58,553 bases of DNA from Chitinophagaceae bacterium (GTDB lineage: Bacteria; Bacteroidota; Bacteroidia; Chitinophagales; Chitinophagaceae). Positions 25,864 through 34,794 of this stretch are shown in pieces. The notes beneath the pieces were generated by a model. It did no database searches. It saw nothing but the letters and a program-made list of their open reading frames with translations, and was not told where the DNA came from. Position numbers and translations under genes: made by a program. Position 1 is the stretch's first letter, and every line of letters starts with the position of its first letter. The stretch is taken from positions 1 through 58,553 of the forward strand of contig JBEISB010000001.1 of NCBI GenBank assembly GCA_040375635.1. The letters are read 5' to 3'.

Positions 25864-27114
25864 TTACTCAATCACAAACGACACTACTTCTGTCCCTTCC
25901 TTGCCTATCATTTTCAACAAATAAAAACCAGGAGATAAATCTTCGAGAGTTTCATGTTGTGTGCCTGTAGTCGTGGTTTCTTTTTCTTTGTGCATGATGA
26001 CGCGATGCTGAAGATCTAATACCTCAAATCGAAAGGACTCATGTGGGTTAGCTTGCCAAGTCAGTTGGATATCTCCTTGTGATGGATTGGGATAGAGTTG
26101 TAAGCTTGTGTTTGCATGAGCATCAATATCCGAGGTGCTTGCCGGTATCTTGTAAGTAGTGGCAAGCCAAATGGTTGCATTCATCAATAGCAATTGGTGG
26201 TTACCTGCTGCGTCCGCAAAATAACCATCGTACAATATATCATTAGGGTCGCCTGTGCCATCATCTGCTGGCGAGCTGTCGCCCATAGCACACACTTTAC
26301 CGCTACCGTAATAGGCTCGGGCAAAAAGGACTTCCGTGCTCCCGATATTGCTTGCACCGGTTTTATAAATCAACCCTTTCACTGTATTATTATTGCTTGG
26401 ATTAAGGGTCATGGTGGTTCCCCCCGAGTATTGAATTTTAGTCACATTGCCCATAGGACCATGTAAACAAGTATCCGTTGGAAGGCTGGCAATATTGGTA
26501 CTGGTTTGTGAAAAATTCTGTAGGTCGAAGGTGATCCCAAAAGGATTGGTTTTTACTGTGTTGGTTGTAAACAAATCATTCCAGATTGTTGGAGAGTCGT
26601 ACCCATCTCCATTGCGATCACTCACATCATGATCGGCGATGATAAACAAGCCTCCTCCATTTTTTACAAAGTTGACAATCGCATTTTTTTCTGCCAAGGT
26701 GCAGAGAATATTAGGTTCATCTACTATGTATACATTATAATGACTCAAGTCACGCGCATGTGAGGCATTCCCATAGGTAATACTATCATTATACGGCAAA
26801 CTTTCTACTTGGTAACCTCGCTTGGCACAGTCTACCGCCCAAGCACTGAGAGCGCCCTGCCAATAGGTTTCGGCAGTGCTTGCTGTAATAGCACTCTGCG
26901 ACGGACTAGGAATGCCCTGCGGATTTGAATCGTCTCCAGCTCCGCTTACCATAGCACCATTACTGTTTGTGCCAAGATTATGCATATCGGCATCGATTAC
27001 CCAATCTGCATTACCAGCCATTTGTGCCTTGCTCGCATCAAACAAAATACGAACCTGAGCGTATCCGGCTGGCATGATAAACATCAAACAAAAAAAGAGA
27101 ATTCTTGTACGCAT
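25864..27114 (-). CDS. Secreted protein of unknown function with a T9SS type A C-terminal sorting domain
   Basis: Signal peptide MRTRILFFCLMFIMPAGYAQ. The C-terminal ~80 aa read LQLYPNPSQGDIQLTW...GFYLLKMIGKEGTEVVSFVIE. The N-terminal ~330 aa are unrecognised. The stretch VYIVDEPNIL...FVKNGGGLFIIADHD is loosely like GldG-N/ThuA-type alpha/beta folds. Confidence 0.75.
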   Translation of the reverse strand: MRTRILFFCLMFIMPAGYAQVRILFDASKAQMAGNADWVIDADMHNLGTNSNGAMVSGAGDDSNPQGIPSPSQSAITASTAETYWQGALSAWAVDCAKRGYQVESLPYNDSITYGNASHARDLSHYNVYIVDEPNILCTLAEKNAIVNFVKNGGGLFIIADHDVSDRNGDGYDSPTIWNDLFTTNTVKTNPFGITFDLQNFSQTSTNIASLPTDTCLHGPMGNVTKIQYSGGTTMTLNPSNNNTVKGLIYKTGASNIGSTEVLFARAYYGSGKVCAMGDSSPADDGTGDPNDILYDGYFADAAGNHQLLLMNATIWLATTYKIPASTSDIDAHANTSLQLYPNPSQGDIQLTWQANPHESFRFEVLDLQHRVIMHKEKETTTTGTQHETLEDLSPGFYLLKMIGKEGTEVVSFVIE

Positions 27115-27282
27115 ACATAATGTGTTTACAATGTAAAGGCAGCCTCAAAGTTTGCCTACATAATAGGGCCCGAAAATAAGGGAGAATGCTGTAAATTTAT
27201 AACATCTCTTAGGCATCTTTAACGTGTGTAGTTCTTTCGATACTTAGGCATAGTAATCATAAGCTAGGGGCTGTAAATGGGT

Positions 27283-27317
27283 AAAAAAATAGAGGCTGCC
27301 TTTTTGAGGTAGCCTCT
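27283..27317 (-). terminator. Rho-independent terminator of the DUF4397-like gene
   Basis: On the minus strand, agaggct / agcctct stem with a 13-nt loop, followed by ATTTTTTT. Confidence 0.7.
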
Positions 27318-27379
27318 ATTTTATGGTTCGTACACCAGAAAAACAATCTTAGTTTTTCATTAATGACCAATCAGACATT

Positions 27380-28087
27380 TTATTTGTTTACAATGATTTC
27401 AGCACCTAAGGCTTGAGCACCCGTTCCGCCGGCAAATCCTTTGGCATAAACGGTATAGATTTTTCCTGCGGTTAATACGATACCTGGTAAAGGTAAAGCT
27501 ACTGTTGATGTGCCAGCTAAACGGACTTCTAAATTATAAGTACCCGCATCTAATGGTGTAAATGCCGTATACTCTTTAAATGCTTTGTTCGCAAAAACAA
27601 CACCTCCTCCTGTTACGGCCACATCAACGGCTGGCGCGTTAGGGGATAAGTGAACAAATCTTACATGAGCTTTTCCAGAGGCAGGAGCTGTTAAGTCATC
27701 AGTAAGAACTACCGCAGAAATTTTTGAAACTGAGTCAACCGCAAAGATTGAATAGTTTTGGTTTTTGGTGAAAGCAAGGTCTGCGTTAATTACTGTTGTC
27801 GTACTACCTGCTACATTAACCTTAATATTTCTTGTTCCTGAAGCAACAGAGAGATACCCGGTGTTGGCAGGAAATGTTAGTGCTGATGAATTCTTTTTAA
27901 CATTGTCAATCAATAAATCAACACCGGGGGCATCAGGCGAAGCATGAGTTACGAGGATTTTAGATGAGTCGACGGCTGTAACTATGTCGCTTGTGTTAGA
28001 ATCTTTCTTACAAGAAGAAAGAGATAAAAAAATACCTCCAACGAGAAGTAATGATGCGAATGTGTTACGAAGGATTAGCATGTTCAT
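27380..28087 (-). CDS. DUF4397-like lipoprotein
   Basis: The start MNMLILRNTFASLLLVGGIFLSLSSC provides a lipobox. Two internal repeats carry VTHASPDAPGVDLLIDN and VRFVHLSPNAPAVDVAV, a pattern I associate with DUF4397. An A11 tract lies 2 nt upstream of this ATG. Confidence 0.7.
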   Translation of the reverse strand: MNMLILRNTFASLLLVGGIFLSLSSCKKDSNTSDIVTAVDSSKILVTHASPDAPGVDLLIDNVKKNSSALTFPANTGYLSVASGTRNIKVNVAGSTTTVINADLAFTKNQNYSIFAVDSVSKISAVVLTDDLTAPASGKAHVRFVHLSPNAPAVDVAVTGGGVVFANKAFKEYTAFTPLDAGTYNLEVRLAGTSTVALPLPGIVLTAGKIYTVYAKGFAGGTGAQALGAEIIVNK

Positions 28088-28806
28088 AATTTTTTTTTTT
28101 GATGAGAGGCAAACATAGAACGCCTTTTTTCTCACAAAAAAAATTGAATTTATCGGGTATCAAGCTGGATGATAACGAAAACTATGGGCTATAGAAAGGT
28201 CTAAACCAACCTTTTCGGTAATCCTTTTGCAGTCCTTATACCATTATGTTTTATATGAAAGCGACTGTATTCCATGTACTGTAGATCATAAAATTATTTT
28301 TTCAATGTGAATTATTTTTTCTTTCTGTGAGTCTTATTAGGGTATTCTTTCTCATGCATTTTATTCCTGACTCATGTTCCTGAACAAAGAAATGGACTTA
28401 CATCATGAGAGAGAAGATGAGAGATATTCTTTGCATAAGGATTGAACAATCATTGCAACAACCTGCAGCTACGAGAAACGGTAATCATAGTTTCAATCTA
28501 TATCAAATCCAGAACCGAAAAAAGAAAAGGCTAAGTTTATAACTTCAGTTTAGGTATTTTGAAATCAATAATTTCAGCTTGCATGTTACGCTTTGTCATT
28601 AAGGTATTACGCAAACAACGCATAGTCTTGCTCTGCCTGGCTTTGTTTATATAGATAGGTATGCGCTAAATATTACAGGGTTTCTTGCATGGCATTTGCC
28701 TGAATATCGACACTGGCTCTCGGTGAGGCATATCAACTACTTACTTCTTGTTTGAAGTTGTGCTTGATGGAATATCCTTATAAAAGGTTATCCAATAAGA
28801 AACTGC

Positions 28807-30870
28807 TTACTCCTTTATTAATTTAATGATAGTGATATGATCCGCCTGTTTCATTTTCACGTAGTAGATGCCATTAGTGTATGCGTTGAGATCTGCCTCT
28901 TGTTTGCCAGCCTTCACCTTGCGATGCAGTATTGTTTCTCCCAATGTATTCAAGATAAAAATTTCTCCGGCTTCGGCTACTTCTATAGAAAAGATGCCTT
29001 GGGTTGGATTCGGATAAACAGGCAAGGGAGATGTACTTGCAACATCATCGATGCCACTTACCGAAAGGCTTACACAAATACTCGTATCTACACAGGTAGC
29101 GGTTGTAACCACTACGGCATAAGATCCGCTGCTGCTGCTGGGTATAAAGTTTAAACTTGTAGCACCCGGTATGGGTGAATTGGTGTTACAATCTATCCAT
29201 TGATAGGACCCAATATTAGGGGTTGTGATGCTGATTCCGTTGATGGTGATTGTAGCATTGAGCGTATCAATACTTACTTGCAAAGTAACGATACTATCAC
29301 AGCCTGCCGCATTGGTATAGCTCTGTGTATATGTACCGGTATTGGTATAGGTTTGTCCGTTCAATGTATACAAGTTGCACGATACTGCATTGATGAGGGA
29401 ATCGGTGCTAGGGTTGATGGTTAATTGCAGTTGAATCAACGAATCGCACCCCGCAGCATTGGTATACATCTGCGTATAATTTCCTGAGCTTGTATACAAG
29501 ATACCGTTTAACAAGAAGTAATCGCAACTCGTTTGTGTAATATTGACAAACGACGAATTATTTATGTTTAGGTTGAGCGTATGAACCGAATCGCAACCCG
29601 CAAGATTGGTAAAGGTTGCTGTGTAGTTACCACTCGTTGTATAGGTGCTTGCATTCCAGAGATAAGCATTGCAAGCGGTAACATTCGATGAACCACTATT
29701 CGGTTGATTCATTAGGATGGTAATTGGAGATGAATTTCCGGTGAAGCCACTAGAAAGACAAGTAACCGCACAATAATAATATTGGGTTGCGTTGATGGTG
29801 GCTGTATAGGTTGCATTGGTTGCACCGCTGATGGCAACGGATCCTTGGTACCATTGAAAACTATAATTACTGAATGGAGCCGGTGTGTATTGTAAGGATA
29901 GATTGCTTGTTCCTCCTGCGCAAACGGTAGTGGCTGATGCAAGCGTATTTCCTAGGGTTGGGGTGCCTGTGCATATGGGTGGGGTCGATAAAATATTGAC
30001 AAGGTAATCTTCGGTTTCTCCATAAAAGTAAATACCACAAGGCGATGGTGGCGCACTCGAACTAAGCGATTCTGTGCAGACAATACGCATAGCAGTATTA
30101 CCCGATAATGCAGTAATCGGTACGGTGAAAGTTCCGCTTACGGTGCGCGGACCGGTAGCAGAAACGGTTTCAATAAATACTTCTTCGCTAGGTTCGAAAA
30201 CAGCGTTATGATTGAAATCAATCCATATACCGATTTTATTGGCAAAATACGGGAAGCCATCACAATCATCTTGTACGATAGAAAAGCTTGCTGCTGTTCC
30301 AAGATACAAGGTAGACAGAGGAGGTAGTGTCATGAAGCTAGAATATTCATGCAAAATAGATCCTGGTCCCGGGGCCACCGTATTGCAACCATTGCTATAG
30401 GCGTATAAGGCATTCGTTGAATTTCCATTTAATGTCACATTAAAAATGTCTTCATCTTGCGTGGCCGAAGCTTTGGATACACAGTAACAATTGAAGGATC
30501 CCCATGAGGCTACATTTACAGTTACAGGGGTAGAGGTGGTGCTAATACCACTGGCTGTGCAAGTAACCACACAAGAGATTGTTGCCGAAGAACCGGGAAT
30601 CGTTGTTGCATAAGTGGCATTGGTAGCACCTGCTATCAGGGCCGGTCCATTATACCACTGAAACGTTATGCCAGTACCTAATGTGGCTATATTTTGAAGC
30701 GAAAAGCTGTCGACAATGCCTGGACAAGGATTTAGGTTACTGGCAAGGGTATTGCCCGGATTGGGTGCGCCACTGCAGGGTTGGGCCTGAAGTCTTACAC
30801 CAAAGGAGAAGACTAGTACCAACACGCTGATAAAAACAAAGGGATGAAGAATAGAACGTTTGCTCATCAT
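28807..30870 (-). CDS. Secreted GEVED-module protein with a T9SS type A C-terminal sorting domain (paralogue of the 2..5302 gene)
   Basis: Signal peptide. It carries the same PNPGNTLAS...FQWYNG.ALIAGATNATY unit (two copies), CYCVSKASATQDEDIFNVTLNG, GIWIDFNHNAVFEPSEEV and YGETEDYLVNI motifs as the first ORF. Three ~35-aa repeats end in AAGCDS..(T/Q)L(N/Q). The CTD is VYPNPTQGIFSIEV...GIYYVKMKQADHITIIKLIKE. Confidence 0.85.
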   Translation of the reverse strand: MMSKRSILHPFVFISVLVLVFSFGVRLQAQPCSGAPNPGNTLASNLNPCPGIVDSFSLQNIATLGTGITFQWYNGPALIAGATNATYATTIPGSSATISCVVTCTASGISTTSTPVTVNVASWGSFNCYCVSKASATQDEDIFNVTLNGNSTNALYAYSNGCNTVAPGPGSILHEYSSFMTLPPLSTLYLGTAASFSIVQDDCDGFPYFANKIGIWIDFNHNAVFEPSEEVFIETVSATGPRTVSGTFTVPITALSGNTAMRIVCTESLSSSAPPSPCGIYFYGETEDYLVNILSTPPICTGTPTLGNTLASATTVCAGGTSNLSLQYTPAPFSNYSFQWYQGSVAISGATNATYTATINATQYYYCAVTCLSSGFTGNSSPITILMNQPNSGSSNVTACNAYLWNASTYTTSGNYTATFTNLAGCDSVHTLNLNINNSSFVNITQTSCDYFLLNGILYTSSGNYTQMYTNAAGCDSLIQLQLTINPSTDSLINAVSCNLYTLNGQTYTNTGTYTQSYTNAAGCDSIVTLQVSIDTLNATITINGISITTPNIGSYQWIDCNTNSPIPGATSLNFIPSSSSGSYAVVVTTATCVDTSICVSLSVSGIDDVASTSPLPVYPNPTQGIFSIEVAEAGEIFILNTLGETILHRKVKAGKQEADLNAYTNGIYYVKMKQADHITIIKLIKE

Positions 30871-31060
30871 ATAGTTTTAGGTATGTTATGTTGAATCGTA
30901 ATCGCAAATGCAGGAACTGTTTTGCCATTAACCGACGCAGTATTTAAAGATAATGAGTATAGCCTAAGAATCAAAAGATGCAGCGAGAAACTTGTATCTG
31001 AGATATGGTTCGGCTTGCCCACGGGAGTGACTAACACTTTTATTGTACGATGATTTATTT

Positions 31061-31897
31061 TTAAGGGTTGCAGTGATTGCAATACATGGGGTCTTCGGTT
31101 TCTTTCTCATTTGGAAATAGCACTTCATCTGTATAGTTACATTTTTCGCATTCATACAGGTGACTTTTAATAGACTGCGTAGGATTACCACAAAGACTAC
31201 AGGGTAAGCCCTCCTTAATGGCAGTGATACCAAAGCCAGGTCTGGCACAATGAGGACAACACGATTTAATTTTGGCCACTAATTTTTGGGTGGTTTTTTC
31301 AATCACTTTCATGCGCGTGGGATTGTACATAGCCCGCATATCTGTTTCTACATAAGCACTACCAAACTTCTTAATCAGCTCTTCGCTTTTTCTAGAAATA
31401 ATATCCCAACTAGTAATTCCTTTTAATATACCCTCAAAGTCATTTTTTGATTTTTTAATGATTAAAGCGTGAGATGGAAATTGCGCTTTATAAGCGAAGG
31501 TTTTTATTTCTTCTTTTGAGTATATCTCTGTGGCGTTAAAATTGGTTTCTGTACTTAATATCCTTACGATAATTTCTAAGTCATTTTTTTTATCAATAAA
31601 AATCAAAATTTCATCATCGGCATGGATGAAAAACAAAGTGGGGTGGGGTGCAAAGGACCCTTCACTAGCGATGCCCAAATCGCAGTTATTTTTTTCCATC
31701 GCTTGTAGGCATTTCTCTCTGGCGGTTGCAATAGCGTCTTGTTCCCTTTCTACTTCACCGGTAAAAGTGCCTAACAGATCCGTATCAAAAGTTTCATCAA
31801 TAAAACACTGTACCCCAAGTTCATGTTCAAGGATGGGCGCTATCACCTTTTCTTTATTGTGTTTTGTTGCTATAATCAGTTTTCTATTTTCAAACAT
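31061..31897 (-). CDS. Uncharacterised protein: alpha/beta N-domain plus a C-terminal four-CxxC zinc-ribbon region
   Basis: 278 aa. The C-terminal ~75 aa contain CPHC, CSLC, CEKC and CNHC. The N-terminal region KLIIATKHNKEKVIAPILE...TFTGEVER is not assignable by eye. Confidence 0.6.
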   Translation of the reverse strand: MFENRKLIIATKHNKEKVIAPILEHELGVQCFIDETFDTDLLGTFTGEVEREQDAIATAREKCLQAMEKNNCDLGIASEGSFAPHPTLFFIHADDEILIFIDKKNDLEIIVRILSTETNFNATEIYSKEEIKTFAYKAQFPSHALIIKKSKNDFEGILKGITSWDIISRKSEELIKKFGSAYVETDMRAMYNPTRMKVIEKTTQKLVAKIKSCCPHCARPGFGITAIKEGLPCSLCGNPTQSIKSHLYECEKCNYTDEVLFPNEKETEDPMYCNHCNP

Positions 31898-32123
31898 GGG
31901 TAGTAAAATTACATGTTATTCTGAATGATTAACTCATGAGGTTATGGGTATAATGACAATGCTGATAGATTAAATTTCCAATCACAAAGGGTTACCTCAC
32001 CATAGATTTTAGTCCGAAATAAAATTAAAATAGGATCCGATAAACATCGCAATGTGTGAATCTATATCGGTTAGGGTAAAATAAAAAATCCCCTTATCAA
32101 ACGATATGGGGATTTTATTTCTG

Positions 32124-32196
32124 TGGTGTGGGAGGGAATTGAACCCCCGACACAAGGATTTTCAGTCCTTTGCTCTACCAACTGAGCTACCGCACC
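32124..32196 (-). tRNA. tRNA-Phe (anticodon GAA)
   Basis: The minus strand reads GGTGCGGTAGCTCAGTTGGTAGAGCAAAGGACTGAAAATCCTTGTGTCGGGGGTTCAATTCCCTCCCACACCA. It folds as a cloverleaf: D-arm GCTC/GAGC, anticodon stem AAGGA/TCCTT with loop CTGAAAA, and T-loop TTCAATT. CCA is not encoded. The acceptor stem has one C5-A68 mismatch. Confidence 0.9.
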
Positions 32197-32269
32197 AAGT
32201 TATCCGTGTAATTGGATGGGGAGCAAAAATAATCATATATCTCAAAAAGACAAGTTTTTTTTCGTAGTC

Positions 32270-34498
32270 CTAGTTAGCGTATTCGCTCATAAATTTAATT
32301 CGCACCAATTGCAATTGTTCGCGCGTAAGATTATTCTCTTTCAAATCTTCCCAAGCCTCTTCGATATTACCTCGGTCGCTGGTTTGGAAATATTCATAAA
32401 TATCATCCTGGTCATATTCATCAACATAGTCGTTAATGCAATAATCAAGGTTTAATTTGGTACCGCTCGATACAATGGTCTCCATCTCGTGCAAAAGGTC
32501 GCTCATGTTCAATTGCTTCATTTTCGCGATGGTTTCTAGCGGAATCTTTTTGTCGATGTTTTGAATGATAAATACTTTAATCCCGCTTTTGTTCATCACA
32601 CTCTTCATCACAAAGTCGCTGGTTTTAGCAATGTCGTTTTCTTCGACATAGGTAGCAATCAATTCCACAAATTTCTTCCCAAACTTAATGGCTTTGCCTT
32701 TGCTAACACCCGCGATATTCTCCATTTCGGCCAGCGTTGTGGGGTAATTAGTGGCCATATCTTCGAGCGAGTTTTCGAGAAACACTACAAAGGGAGGTAC
32801 ATTATGTTGTTTGGCTACTTTTTTTCGCAAGTCTTTCAACATCTCTAACAAGGCAGGGTCAAGCGCATTACTGGCCGCTGCACTGCCAGCCGTGGCATCA
32901 TCATCATCGCCATCGGCATCTTCAAATTTATGATTGAGAGATAGTTTAATCCCGTAAGGTTTTTTGATAAATGCTTTGCCTTTGTCGGTTAGTTTCAGGA
33001 GGCCATATTCTTCAATATCCTTTCGAATCAATCCTTCTACCATCATTTGTCGTAGCAAGGAATACCAAAAATGATCATCCATTTCAAAATGAATACCCAT
33101 ACCAAAGCATTTCAATTTATCATGCTTAAACGATTGGATTTGGGTATTTAAACGACCCAGAATTACATTGATTACATAGTCGATACCAAACATCTCTTTC
33201 AGTTGTCTGATGGTTTCGAGGGCTGTAAACACTGTATCTTTTACATCAATTTTTTCTTTTGGATGCAGACAGTTGTCGCACATGCACTTGCACTTGCTTT
33301 CGTCGTATTCTTCTCCAAAATAATGGAGTAACACTTTGCGTCGACAAATAGCACTCTCAGCATAGGCAACGGTTTCGCCAATGAGTTGGGCTCCCATCTC
33401 TCTTTCGGTTAACGGCTTATCGCGCATCAGGTGTTCGAGCTTTTGTACATCTTTGTAGGAGAAATAGAGTAAACACTTTCCTTCGAGTCCGTCTCGTCCT
33501 GCCCTTCCGGTTTCTTGGTAGTAATTTTCAATCGACTTCGGAATGTTGTAATGCATTACAAAGCGGATATCGGGTTTGTCGATACCCATACCAAAAGCAA
33601 TCGTGGCCACAATCACATCAACATCTTCCATCAAAAACTGATCTTGCCTATCGGCCCTTGTTTTACTGTCTAGTCCTGCATGATACGCAACGGCACTAAT
33701 GCCATTGGCCACTAGCAACTGCGCTAAATCTTCGGTGGTTTTTCTGTTGAGGGTATAAATGATGCCGCTCTTTCCACGATTTTGTTGGATAAACTTGACA
33801 ATATGTTTTACCGTTTGATCTTTCTTTCCTTTCGGAACGATTTCGTAGTAAAGGTTTGAGCGGTTGAAAGAAGAAACAAACACGTTAGGCTTTTTCAGCA
33901 CAAGATTTTTCTTGATATCATCCTGTACTTTAGGTGTTGCGGTAGCGGTAAGGGCAATGATATGAAGGTCGGGGTTGATATCGTTGATGATTTCGCGGAT
34001 TTTGCGGTATTCGGGACGGAAATCATGTCCCCATTCAGAAATACAGTGAGCCTCATCAACCGCAATAAATGAGATTTTGAGTTGCTTTAAAAATTCAACA
34101 TTATCTTCTTTGGTGAGGGTTTCAGGGGCTACATACAACATCTTGGTGCCACCGCCCATCAAGTCTTCTTTTACTTTTTTGATTTGTCCTTTATTCAACG
34201 ACGAATTCAAAAAGTGGGCAACATTTTCAATATCGCTATAACTGCGGAGTAAGTCGACCTGGTTTTTCATGAGGGCGATCAGAGGCGAAACAATAATGGC
34301 AACCCCTTCACTCAATAAGGCAGGTAATTGATAGCAGAGCGATTTGCCTCCACCCGTTGGCATAATCACAAAGGTGTCTTTTCCCTCTAATACACTTTCT
34401 ATAATTTCTTGTTGCTCACCTTTGAACTTATCAAATCCAAAATGCTCCTGTAATGCTTTTTTAAGGTCGGGTTTAGCGACCTTCTTCGACTTTGCCAT
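32270..34498 (-). CDS. recQ: ATP-dependent DNA helicase RecQ
   Basis: Start at MAKSKKV... Motifs present: FGFDKFKGEQQEII, MPTGGGKSLCYQLPA (Walker A), the DEAH box (VDEAHCISEWGHDFRPEY), the zinc-binding Cys cluster (CRR...CKCMCDNC) and a C-terminal HRDC-like region. The ORF-track start at 34552 adds 18 unlikely residues. Confidence 0.93.
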   Translation of the reverse strand: MAKSKKVAKPDLKKALQEHFGFDKFKGEQQEIIESVLEGKDTFVIMPTGGGKSLCYQLPALLSEGVAIIVSPLIALMKNQVDLLRSYSDIENVAHFLNSSLNKGQIKKVKEDLMGGGTKMLYVAPETLTKEDNVEFLKQLKISFIAVDEAHCISEWGHDFRPEYRKIREIINDINPDLHIIALTATATPKVQDDIKKNLVLKKPNVFVSSFNRSNLYYEIVPKGKKDQTVKHIVKFIQQNRGKSGIIYTLNRKTTEDLAQLLVANGISAVAYHAGLDSKTRADRQDQFLMEDVDVIVATIAFGMGIDKPDIRFVMHYNIPKSIENYYQETGRAGRDGLEGKCLLYFSYKDVQKLEHLMRDKPLTEREMGAQLIGETVAYAESAICRRKVLLHYFGEEYDESKCKCMCDNCLHPKEKIDVKDTVFTALETIRQLKEMFGIDYVINVILGRLNTQIQSFKHDKLKCFGMGIHFEMDDHFWYSLLRQMMVEGLIRKDIEEYGLLKLTDKGKAFIKKPYGIKLSLNHKFEDADGDDDDATAGSAAASNALDPALLEMLKDLRKKVAKQHNVPPFVVFLENSLEDMATNYPTTLAEMENIAGVSKGKAIKFGKKFVELIATYVEENDIAKTSDFVMKSVMNKSGIKVFIIQNIDKKIPLETIAKMKQLNMSDLLHEMETIVSSGTKLNLDYCINDYVDEYDQDDIYEYFQTSDRGNIEEAWEDLKENNLTREQLQLVRIKFMSEYAN

Positions 34499-34794
34499 AA
34501 CGATACTGTTTTTCCCCCGTTGGATAGCGTTTCTACACGGAGTATTGCCCAAGTTACGCTATCCTTTCCTGATATGCAAGTGAATTTTGTAGGGACTTGC
34601 CATCTCAACGAAGATAAGCGGACAGGCGTGATGCCTTCTCTAATAAAAAGTTAATTGTACGCTTCTTTTGCCGATGAGCTATAGGCTTTTGATTTCGATA
34701 CCATCTAAAAGCGCGTACTTTGTCGACAACAATTGATTTTCCGCGTGTAAGGAATTCGGATTCGGTTCGTAGTTTTTTCGGATATTTGACCCAC

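Noticed and set aside
28090-28100. A11 homopolymer considered as a phase-variation switch for the DUF4397-like lipoprotein
   Set aside because: It lies outside the most plausible coding start (the ATG at 28087, which gives a proper lipoprotein signal). A-rich leaders are the normal translation-initiation context in Bacteroidota. It is kept only as a minor note within another finding.
30737-31248. Small minus-strand ORFs (63, 71 and 94 aa) around the spacer between the GEVED/T9SS gene and the zinc-ribbon gene
   Set aside because: They overlap one another, the 5' end of the GEVED gene or the 3' end of the neighbouring CDS. They have no motifs and an odd composition. The spacer is better explained as the promoter region of 28807-30870.
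25000-32196. Calling the tRNA-Phe-adjacent block a mobile genetic element or integrated island
   Set aside because: No integrase, transposase, conjugation or phage genes are visible, and by eye I found no duplicate of the tRNA 3' end. It is reported only as accessory-looking, not as a mobile element.
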